The notes: generated by a model from the sequence alone, not told the origin. 41,641 nt of DNA from a virus (IMGVR_UViG_3300031953_000043:1-41641), one strand, 5' to 3'; positions 8,810 through 15,744 are shown, numbered from the stretch's first letter. Numbers and translations are program-made.

Positions 8810-8939
8810 GATTTTTAAGTTTTAGTATTTTAAGTCTATTTCTCCACCAAGCTACATTATGCACACCCACAGATTCCCAAGGCTCAAGCATAAACACCCA
8901 AGCCATAACTAAGTAAAATCTACATTCTAATTTTTTCAT
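8805..8939 (-). CDS. Cassette gene, 44-aa hypothetical protein
   Basis: Read by hand: MKKLECRFYLVMAWVFMLEPWESVGVHNVAWWRNRLKILKLKNH; the stop codon is the TAA of the CTAAC box. Confidence 0.5.
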   Translation of the reverse strand: MKKLECRFYLVMAWVFMLEPWESVGVHNVAWWRNRLKILKLKNH

Positions 8940-8951
8940 GTCGTATTATTT

Positions 8952-9176
8952 TTATTTACTAACGAAAACTATTGGTTCTGTCTCTGTGATTAAGTAGTGC
9001 TGCCAATAATCGCAGGATTTCAACCTACGCCATTGGCTATGCAAAGAGTCATAAAGTTTAGATTCCATTGCTAGTATTTTACTACCTATCTTAATTTCTT
9101 GCTTATCATTCCATAAAACTAATTCAGTTGAAGAATGAGTTCCTATTTTTGCTTGTATTCTTGGTTTGTGATACAT
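8952..9176 (-). CDS. Cassette gene, 74-aa hypothetical protein
   Basis: ORF track; start lies 25 nt after an attC-like site. Confidence 0.65.
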   Translation of the reverse strand: MYHKPRIQAKIGTHSSTELVLWNDKQEIKIGSKILAMESKLYDSLHSQWRRLKSCDYWQHYLITETEPIVFVSK

Positions 9177-9201
9177 AATTTTAATTTAATTAAACCGATT
9201 T

Positions 9202-9254
9202 GATAACATTATATAAAAACCATAGAAAAAACGGTTTTTATACTGGGCGTTAGC
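9202..9254 (-). repeat. attC-like site 3 (53 bp)
   Basis: Plus strand GATAAC-ATTA-TATAAAAACC-loop-GGTTTTTATA-CTGGGC-GTTAGC. Confidence 0.75.
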
Positions 9255-9483
9255 GGTAATTGTTTTTAAGGTTTAAAATTGATTCTACATCTACTCTATA
9301 CCTCACAGGTTGGAAAACTTCACCAGTTTCGTATTTATCAATCCTTGCTTTTTCAGCTGCTAAATCCAATGTAGCGTCACAAGCTCTTCTCATAAGTTCA
9401 TCCACTTCATTGTCAGAATATATCCGTCCTGAACCGTTATAAGTTTCCTTTAAATACTGCTCTTTAATTTTTTGTAAGTCCAT
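9250..9483 (-). CDS. Cassette gene, 77-aa hypothetical protein
   Basis: MDLQKIKEQY start at 9483 (track start 9534 is inside the palindrome); stop TAA lies within GCTAAC. Confidence 0.75.
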   Translation of the reverse strand: MDLQKIKEQYLKETYNGSGRIYSDNEVDELMRRACDATLDLAAEKARIDKYETGEVFQPVRYRVDVESILNLKNNYR

Positions 9484-9513
9484 AATTATATTTTTACTTA
9501 TTAATTTAACCCC

Positions 9514-9581
9514 GCTAACATCATATAAAAGCAAGCGGAAGCTTGTTTGTAAATACGCCTGCTTTTATACCGGGCGTTAGC
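9514..9581 (-). repeat. attC-like site 2 (68 bp)
   Basis: Plus strand GCTAAC-ATCA-TATAAAAGCAAGCG-loop-CGCCTGCTTTTATA-CCGGGC-GTTAGC. Confidence 0.75.
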
Positions 9582-9587
9582 AAACAG

Positions 9588-9860
9588 TTAGTCATCTTGT
9601 ACGGCTTCCATACCAACATAAATACCTTCACCTACGATTGCGTCTTTTTCGTGTCCTACGTCACTTGAAGGAGTGTTTACAGGTGACATGACACCGTGCC
9701 AAGAACTACCTCCCAACCCTTTACCTTCATTAAATTCATAACCTTCTTTTATCACGTACATATAGCAATCTCCAGTGTCATAAACTACTCTACAACCTTC
9801 AGGACATTCTTCTTCTATTAGTTTTTTAAGTTTCTTATAGAATGATTTTGGATTTTTCAT
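9588..9860 (-). CDS. Cassette gene, 90-aa hypothetical protein
   Basis: ORF track; bounded by attC-like sites on both sides. Confidence 0.75.
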   Translation of the reverse strand: MKNPKSFYKKLKKLIEEECPEGCRVVYDTGDCYMYVIKEGYEFNEGKGLGGSSWHGVMSPVNTPSSDVGHEKDAIVGEGIYVGMEAVQDD

Positions 9861-9890
9861 ATTTTATAAATTATTTAATTAAACCGATTT

Positions 9891-9943
9891 GCTAACACTG
9901 TATAAAAACCATAGAAAAAACGGTTTTTATACCGGGCGTTACT
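9891..9943 (-). repeat. attC-like site 1 (53 bp)
   Basis: Plus strand GCTAAC-ACTG-TATAAAAACC-loop-GGTTTTTATA-CCGGGC-GTTACT; nearly identical to site 3. Confidence 0.75.
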
Positions 9944-9944
9944 T

Positions 9945-10271
9945 CTATTCTAAATTTATTACCTGGTACAAGTCGTCTACCTTTTGGAAGGCCGGGATCT
10001 TTAAACTTGCAGCAATGGCAATTTCCAGTTTGGCACCAGGAGAAGTATTGCAGCAGGGTAATAAATACACGGCATCGCACAAACATAGCGCAGCAATACA
10101 TTTCTTCATAGCTTCTTCCCAGGTCGCGTTAGGATTATTGACCAGGTTAATAGGATTGATAGCCTCAAAACCCCTCGCGATGACTTCTTCTTCGGCTCTT
10201 TTGAATTTCAATCGGACCTCCATAGAATCCAATCCGGTTACTTTCCCGGCGATGTAGATATTTTTTTTCAT
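9945..10271 (-). CDS. DUF4406 / nucleoside 2-deoxyribosyltransferase-like protein
   Basis: IYIAGKVTG...INP...W..AM..CI..L..CDAVYLL...SPGAKLE motif pattern. Confidence 0.85.
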   Translation of the reverse strand: MKKNIYIAGKVTGLDSMEVRLKFKRAEEEVIARGFEAINPINLVNNPNATWEEAMKKCIAALCLCDAVYLLPCCNTSPGAKLEIAIAASLKIPAFQKVDDLYQVINLE

Positions 10272-10456
10272 TGTGCCACTGTTTTAAGTTGTTTTTTTAA
10301 AGCAATTTCCAGCAGCTTTAAAACCGTATCCCGGTTTTTATTCTCTTTTTCATTTGCAATTGCCAGGCGTAAATCTTGAATTTCTGGCAATCCAAATTTT
10401 AAACTGTCCCGTATGTCTTTGATGTTTCCACGTTGGTTTATTAGAAATTTTTTCAT
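10268..10456 (-). CDS. Hypothetical protein
   Basis: ATGA-coupled ORF in the early operon. Confidence 0.7.
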   Translation of the reverse strand: MKKFLINQRGNIKDIRDSLKFGLPEIQDLRLAIANEKENKNRDTVLKLLEIALKKQLKTVAQ

Positions 10457-10458
10457 AA

Positions 10459-10665
10459 TTATTTAGCGTTAGTGATTGGAAATATTAATTTTGAATTGAT
10501 ACCGTCGCGGACTTTTATTTTACCGGCCGTGTGCAGTTCCTTGAGCAGCGGACGTACACTGGAAATCCCAATGCCAGCCTTTACCGAAAGCTGAACGATG
10601 GAGATCCCGCATTTGCCACCGGTGGCTTTGTGGTTTTCCTCTATGATCTGGAGAAGGTTGGTCAT
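10459..10665 (-). CDS. Small winged-helix DNA-binding protein
   Basis: ISIVQLSVKAGIGISSVRPLLKELHTAGKIKVRDG pattern. Confidence 0.6.
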   Translation of the reverse strand: MTNLLQIIEENHKATGGKCGISIVQLSVKAGIGISSVRPLLKELHTAGKIKVRDGINSKLIFPITNAK

Positions 10666-10988
10666 AGTTCCATTAATTCTTTAACCTTCTGAAGCTTGAA
10701 AGTGTCGGATAGGGTTTTACATTCAACAACATCATAACCCCTATCTTTTAATTCATCAATAAGATCTTGTGTATAAAAGTCATCCACATAAGTTTTGGGG
10801 CAATCCCTTTCCTTTATCATATCAAATTCCTCTCTGGCATAATCTTCTACGTCTGAAGAATTTATTTGTTCCAGGATAAACACGTCAAAATCTCCGTGGT
10901 GTTCATCACGGGAATACTCTTTTTCCCTTTCAAATCGTTGACCGTCTTTCCATTCTGTTTCAGAAATGGTAATTTTTTCAATACTCAT
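10662..10988 (-). CDS. Acidic hypothetical protein
   Basis: ORF track; coupled to the downstream gene. Confidence 0.75.
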   Translation of the reverse strand: MSIEKITISETEWKDGQRFEREKEYSRDEHHGDFDVFILEQINSSDVEDYAREEFDMIKERDCPKTYVDDFYTQDLIDELKDRGYDVVECKTLSDTFKLQKVKELMEL

Positions 10989-11004
10989 AATCTCAATTTT
11001 AGCG

Positions 11005-11400
11005 TTAGTTAAAGTTTAATTCACTGTTAATAGACAAGGTTTTATCACTTGTCCTGGGCAATTCCTGAAAAAGAACATCACACAACCGCCTTAAAATTGC
11101 CTGGTCCAAATGATTGTCACAATGGTTTGAATAATGCTGCAGGGCATCAAACAAGACAAAAGCGGTGAAGGTTTCCATTTTTATGTTAACCAACTTCGCC
11201 TGGAACCGGTTGGTGATCTTCTTTAAAAGTTCGTATCTGAATGCCTGCAGCATGGAAATATGAATGTATTGCTGCGCGCTGTGCTCCTGCTCCAGTAATG
11301 CCAGAAGATCCTGATGGTATTTCTCGCAGGAATTCGCGATCACTCCTAAATCGTGCTGATTGATCTTTCCAAGGCTAATTTTTGGACTTGTGTAACTCAT
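11005..11400 (-). CDS. Hypothetical protein
   Basis: ORF track; ATGA overlap with the upstream gene. Confidence 0.75.
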   Translation of the reverse strand: MSYTSPKISLGKINQHDLGVIANSCEKYHQDLLALLEQEHSAQQYIHISMLQAFRYELLKKITNRFQAKLVNIKMETFTAFVLFDALQHYSNHCDNHLDQAILRRLCDVLFQELPRTSDKTLSINSELNFN

Positions 11401-11702
11401 AATGCTGTTTTTTTGAAGTAGGCCTGTCTCTGCCCGTTAATGTAGAACTGAAGGACGTTCGCAGCTGCGCAAAACTCAGGGTGCTTTCTAATATTGGCCT
11501 CCATTTTTTCTGCAATCCTGTAAACCTCGTATTTATTGTATTTCAGGAAAGAATACCAAACGGGGTTGTATTGATCTCCATTTGCCCTGGTAAGTTTCAA
11601 ATTCTCATGACCATTTTTAAGAAGGATCACCATTCTCACTTTGCTGCAGCGCGGGCAATAGGTCTTGTTATTCAGGCCGCATTTGCATTTAATTTCACTC
11701 AT
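11397..11702 (-). CDS. Hypothetical protein with N-terminal Zn-finger-like motif
   Basis: CKCG...YCPRC. Confidence 0.7.
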   Translation of the reverse strand: MSEIKCKCGLNNKTYCPRCSKVRMVILLKNGHENLKLTRANGDQYNPVWYSFLKYNKYEVYRIAEKMEANIRKHPEFCAAANVLQFYINGQRQAYFKKTAL

Positions 11703-11744
11703 TTATAAATCAATTTTAGCGTTAGTTTTTACTTTTTTTGAACT

Positions 11745-13460
11745 TTAAACTTTTGACATTTCCTTCTTGATAAGCGTATTCAATCCGGCATTCACCTGTT
11801 TGTTACAGTTTTGTCTTACAAATTCGTAAACCCGGTCTAGGCTTATTTTCCCTTTCATCATTTGGCGAATTTTCTCGCGGGCTTTTGAAACATCGGTCTT
11901 ATGCCTGGAGGAATTTGCGGCAGCAACTTTGCGTTTTTTCTTGCTGGCGATCTTCTCAAGGTCCAGACGGAAAGTTTTTAAGGCATATTCAAATGAATTA
12001 TTCTCTTTAAAAGTCCGTGCAGGATCAAAATAAAGGCTCGGGAAGCTTGGGTTCCAGCCGGGATGTGCTTTTTTGTATTTTTTAACCTCCCGCAGCACCT
12101 CGATGCATTTTTTCCAGTGGTTTATTAGCGAATCTTTCTTGAAAGTTTTTCCGGTGAAACTCTGGAAGGAATCTGCAAGCCAATATTTATAAGCATTCAT
12201 CCAACTTCCGGGGTGCACTTCGAGATCTTCAAAAAGACTGGCCGAAAATTTAAAAACATCCTGAATAGCCAGTTCTTTGAAGTCTTCCGGATGCATCGCT
12301 CCCGAAAAAGCTTCCCTCTGGGCGTATTCTTCAGGGATTGGACGGTAATTTTTGTGTTTCCCGGCGGAAAGATCCTGCGCCAGTTGGGTTTTATCATCCA
12401 AGGTGTCCATCAAAACCGCGCTCAGTTCGTTTTTTTCGGCTAAATAGTCGATTCCTTTTTTAATAAAATCGGCTGGCCGCCGGGCCCCGGTGAATTTTTT
12501 CTTTTTTTCTTTTTCCGGTCTGTTAGGAGCAATGGAATTTTTTCCATCTTGCCTTTTGGGTGTTTTAGTAGTTTCTTTGGTACAACTGGATGGCGATTTG
12601 CTTTCGGGCAAATCTCCTTCTTCCCTTATCTTAAACTTATTGATAGTGTTTCTACTAGATACATTACTATGCGGAACTTTGTTCGTTTGTGATGGTGTAA
12701 GTAACTGATTATCAGTAACCGTCTTTTTTGAAGATCCGTTGTCGGTGATGTCTAAAACCTGCGGGTTAAAGGCTATTTTAATGGGCCTGTTGGGTCCGTG
12801 ATATGAGTATCCGGTTAACACCCCGGCCTCTTCCAAACGTTCCCTGTGTGCCCTTACAGACTCCACGGTAACGGGGAGAACTTTCACCCCGTTCCGCTCG
12901 GACTCGATGATCTTGTTGGGGTAGATCTCCATTTTTGGCAATTCTGAAGCTACGGAAACTCCCAGTGTTAAGCGGAATTCCTTTCTTCGGTACAGTTGTG
13001 CATTGTATTGATAAAGTAGGGCTATAAAGTATTTTTCTGTTTCAGGCTTCACGGGTTGCTTCAGGTTTTTCTTCCGAAGCTGAAATCCGTTCTTTGTATT
13101 GTATTCCTCCACCGCCTCGTTGTATTCTTCCGGCGTGTGGTCCTTCATCATATTCTTCCAGATCTGTTCTTTTACCTTCTGCTCTACAGAAATAACCGCA
13201 GTCTTCCTGAAACGGATCACCTGTTTATTGTATTTCCGAATGGGCGCTTGGTCTATCCACAACTGCATGTTGTATTTGTAGATAAACTGGTTGTATTTGG
13301 CAATGCTGGCGGCAATGTTGGCCGTGGTGAGAATGGGGTGAACAAAAGCGTTCTCATTTACCGTGTCCTCTTTTTTATAAAAGAAATTGTTCGCTTTGGC
13401 CGTGGTGGCCATAAAGTTTTGCGCGAGATTTCCAATACTGCGGGGGGAGGTTATATTCAT
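11745..13460 (-). CDS. Putative replication initiator protein
   Basis: Largest early gene; wHTH-like segment (VESVRAHRERLEEAGVL) followed by a low-complexity linker typical of O-type initiators; function inferred. Confidence 0.55.
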   Translation of the reverse strand: MNITSPRSIGNLAQNFMATTAKANNFFYKKEDTVNENAFVHPILTTANIAASIAKYNQFIYKYNMQLWIDQAPIRKYNKQVIRFRKTAVISVEQKVKEQIWKNMMKDHTPEEYNEAVEEYNTKNGFQLRKKNLKQPVKPETEKYFIALLYQYNAQLYRRKEFRLTLGVSVASELPKMEIYPNKIIESERNGVKVLPVTVESVRAHRERLEEAGVLTGYSYHGPNRPIKIAFNPQVLDITDNGSSKKTVTDNQLLTPSQTNKVPHSNVSSRNTINKFKIREEGDLPESKSPSSCTKETTKTPKRQDGKNSIAPNRPEKEKKKKFTGARRPADFIKKGIDYLAEKNELSAVLMDTLDDKTQLAQDLSAGKHKNYRPIPEEYAQREAFSGAMHPEDFKELAIQDVFKFSASLFEDLEVHPGSWMNAYKYWLADSFQSFTGKTFKKDSLINHWKKCIEVLREVKKYKKAHPGWNPSFPSLYFDPARTFKENNSFEYALKTFRLDLEKIASKKKRKVAAANSSRHKTDVSKAREKIRQMMKGKISLDRVYEFVRQNCNKQVNAGLNTLIKKEMSKV

Positions 13461-13604
13461 TCGTTACTTTTTAAAATTATCGGTAGGTTTCCCATCCCGA
13501 AGTTTCAGGTTTTCAAAAAAAATATTTTAAACCAGTCCGGTAATAGACACCTAGCCTAATTAGGGCAGACTGGTTTAAGGCAGCTTTCAACTTGCCTTTG
13601 GGTG

Positions 13605-13677
13605 TGGCGCGGGCAGGATTCGAACCTGCGTCCTCCGGGTTATGAGCCCAGCGAGCTACCAACTGCTCTACCGCACT
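13605..13677 (-). tRNA. tRNA-Met(CAT), initiator type
   Basis: Cloverleaf with D arm GAGCAGTTGGTAGCTC, anticodon arm CTGGG-CTCATAA-CCCGG (three G-C pairs), T arm GCAGG-TTCGAAT-CCTGC, A1:C72 mismatch; CCA not encoded. Confidence 0.93.
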
Positions 13678-13811
13678 GTTTTCCCGTCTTTCCGGGATGT
13701 CAACATTTCCGACCTTCTGGCATTTTTTGCCGCGATATCCTTAGCCGTTTTGGGGAGCGCACCTCTCAATCACGTGTCCTTGTCTCCAGTTCCTTAGCGA
13801 CACGTGCCGGT

Positions 13812-14024
13812 TTAGCTCTTATTCATAATTTCAGAAACAAGGATCTCCAGGTTCTCTGGCCTGTATTTATCGCCAATCCTGTTGAAGATGTCTTTTTTCT
13901 TTTTGGACCTGGCAACCTGCCGGGGGCTGAGCATCTTTCTTATCTTCTCTGCAAACAAATGCTGCTCGTCCTCCGGAAGGGCGGAGAAGAGCGGCATTAA
14001 AGTATCTGCAGTGAATTGAGACAT
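13812..14024 (-). CDS. Hypothetical protein
   Basis: ORF track; A-rich start context. Confidence 0.7.
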   Translation of the reverse strand: MSQFTADTLMPLFSALPEDEQHLFAEKIRKMLSPRQVARSKKKKDIFNRIGDKYRPENLEILVSEIMNKS

Positions 14025-14034
14025 TGTTTTTGTT

Positions 14035-14178
14035 TTAGTGGTTTTCTGAAAAAATTTCAGCAGACATTTCTTCTCTTTTTTTAAGCTCCTGATCCTGTTG
14101 TTGCAAACAAGATTTTATGCTAACCGTTTCACTGCAAATACAGGACGAAGCATTTATATTTTTAGTTTTTTCGCTCAT
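14035..14178 (-). CDS. Small hypothetical protein (47 aa)
   Basis: Read by hand: MSEKTKNINASSCICSETVSIKSCLQQQDQELKKREEMSAEIFSENH; TAATG coupling. Confidence 0.5.
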   Translation of the reverse strand: MSEKTKNINASSCICSETVSIKSCLQQQDQELKKREEMSAEIFSENH

Positions 14179-14378
14179 TATTCCACAAAATTGGGGGTTA
14201 AACTTTCTGAATAAAAGGACACTTGTTTTTCCTTGTATTTCCGGATCTGCATCCGGTAAATAGCCCTTAAATCGGCTTTTTCCTTTTCACAAAAATTGCT
14301 TATATCAACAAAAATCAAGTTTTCTTCCAACTGGGCTATGGAGCGTTGAATTTGTTCGGGGGAATTAACGTTTATCAT
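14178..14378 (-). CDS. Hypothetical protein
   Basis: ORF track; coupled on both sides. Confidence 0.7.
   Translation of the reverse strand: MINVNSPEQIQRSIAQLEENLIFVDISNFCEKEKADLRAIYRMQIRKYKEKQVSFYSESLTPNFVE
14186..14221 (-). promoter_or_regulatory. Internal copy of the TGTCC/-7 promoter motif
   Basis: TGTCCTTTT followed by CAATTTTG at the same 28-nt offset. Confidence 0.55.
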
Positions 14379-14992
14379 ATTGCAGGAGAATAAAATCTAA
14401 GGATCCTTTGCCTCATTGCCGCGAGCATAAGACCCGGCTTTGTTTGGATTCCCGTTTTGTTAAAAAGTTCCTTTTTATGCTGGTTGTACGTAGAATGTGC
14501 GATTCCCATATGGAGTGCTATCACTTCATCTTTGTGATCCTGTGCCATAAGGTCTATCATTATAAGCTCGCGCTCCTTTAAGGGGCAGCCATTGAGTTTT
14601 ATTCTTTTAAATTTCAGGGAAATGCAGTCCTTGGAGTGCCGGTAATTTTCCGGCTCCTGCAGTTCTTCATTAACCAGATCCGGCTTTCCGTCAAGGCCTC
14701 CGTACATAAAGTAGGTGTAAAGCTCTACCTGGCGCGTAAAGGAAACAAAGCTTCCTTCCTCAACCCTGCAGGAAATGTGCTGCACTGCTTCGGCGTTGGA
14801 TTTATAGGCGTTGACAAGTCTGGAGAAATCCCCAGGGCTCAATTTTTTGAAAGAATGCACCTTTCCGTTCTGGATCCATTGTACTTCCAGTGTTTCCTGA
14901 ATTCCGAAAAATTCGATGCCGCAATCTTGTTTGAGCAGACCCGCAATTAAATGTTGCGAATGTTGTAGCGATGTTGTAGTTTTGTCTTTCAT
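14375..14992 (-). CDS. LuxR-type C-terminal HTH transcriptional regulator
   Basis: LKERELIMIDLMAQDHKDEVIALHMGIAHSTYNQHKKELFNKTGI. Confidence 0.85.
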   Translation of the reverse strand: MKDKTTTSLQHSQHLIAGLLKQDCGIEFFGIQETLEVQWIQNGKVHSFKKLSPGDFSRLVNAYKSNAEAVQHISCRVEEGSFVSFTRQVELYTYFMYGGLDGKPDLVNEELQEPENYRHSKDCISLKFKRIKLNGCPLKERELIMIDLMAQDHKDEVIALHMGIAHSTYNQHKKELFNKTGIQTKPGLMLAAMRQRILRFYSPAI

Positions 14993-15084
14993 TTGTCGTC
15001 TGATTTAAGCGTTAGTGACTGGTGAGAATCTGCCTGGAGCTCTAACTCCGGGCTTTCTTTTTTGTAATTCTTAAGTGTCAACAT
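14989..15084 (-). CDS. Possible 31-aa leader ORF coupled to the LuxR gene
   Basis: Read by hand: MLTLKNYKKESPELELQADSHQSLTLKSDDK; its TGA overlaps the LuxR ATG. Confidence 0.35.
   Translation of the reverse strand: MLTLKNYKKESPELELQADSHQSLTLKSDDK
15032..15063 (+). terminator. Intrinsic terminator oriented antisense to the early operon
   Basis: GCCTGGAG-CTCTAA-CTCCGGGC followed by TTTCTTTTTT. Confidence 0.55.
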
Positions 15085-15154
15085 AACAGGTTAATAATTG
15101 GTTTTTAATTTAAGCGTTAGTGACCATGTAAGTGTCCAGCAACCGGCCGGGCAA

Positions 15155-15334
15155 TTAAGCGTGGTAAGATTCTTCTATTCCTTCAGCTTTTTCAAATTCG
15201 CTGTTTATTTTGTGTACTTCCAGGATGGTAAAAAATATGGCTGCCATTCCAAGAATGATCATAAACACGATCCAGCGGTCCTGGTGTAAAAGTTTATCCT
15301 CCACATTGAGTTCAATTTTTTTATTCCTGCTCAT
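15155..15334 (-). CDS. Small single-TM membrane protein
   Basis: WIVFMIILGMAAIFFTIL helix; MSRNK start preferred. Confidence 0.65.
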   Translation of the reverse strand: MSRNKKIELNVEDKLLHQDRWIVFMIILGMAAIFFTILEVHKINSEFEKAEGIEESYHA

Positions 15335-15605
15335 CGAGTTCTTTTTTGGTATTGGCAATAATTTCATTTCTTCGTTCCTGCTCGGCCTTTAGGATAGCCG
15401 GATATTCCGCAACAAAATCAAATATTCCCTGTTCAATTTTTGGATTTGCTTTCCTTCCGTTAAACACTTCAGAGATCACCATACTGTGGTAAGGGGTTTC
15501 AGTTCTGCTAAAAATTTTCTTATCATAGAAGTACATGGAAATCTTGGCAATGTGCTTGAATCCAATAATTTCCAACATCTCTTTTCTTTGTTCCTGACTA
15601 ATCAT
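15321..15605 (-). CDS. Cro-like first early gene
   Basis: First gene of the leftward operon, divergent from the repressor; HTH-like YHSMVISEVFNGRKANPKIE. Confidence 0.55.
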   Translation of the reverse strand: MISQEQRKEMLEIIGFKHIAKISMYFYDKKIFSRTETPYHSMVISEVFNGRKANPKIEQGIFDFVAEYPAILKAEQERRNEIIANTKKELDEQE

Positions 15606-15616
15606 ACTATTCTTCT

Positions 15617-15700
15617 ATTGTTTTAACCAAATCAATACTATATATTTGATTGAGGTATTAACCTTAGCAAATATAACACAAACATTTACTAACATACAAA
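15617..15700. promoter_or_regulatory. Lysis/lysogeny switch with face-to-face promoters
   Basis: Leftward TTTG(15697-15700)-N21-TATATTTG(15668-15675); rightward TTG(15618-15620)-N20-TATATTTG(15641-15648); ACAAACATTT occurs twice. Confidence 0.6.
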
Positions 15701-15744
15701 CATTTTGTTAGTTTTTGTTTGTAAATTTTTACAATACATCGGGA

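Larger units (their letters stand above)
8531..9943 (-). mobile_element. Integron-like gene cassette array (CALIN-like) with five attC-like sites
   Basis: Short ORFs alternate with TAAC...TATA-stem-TATA...GTTA palindromes; two stop codons fall inside the TAAC box. Confidence 0.7.

Noticed and set aside
8531-9943. CRISPR array interpretation of the repeats
   Set aside because: The spacers are several hundred bp long and contain ORFs, the repeats vary in length, and there are no cas genes.
13602-14000. 132-aa + strand ORF
   Set aside because: It is the antisense reading of the tRNA (GQDSNLRPPGYEP is a typical shadow translation).
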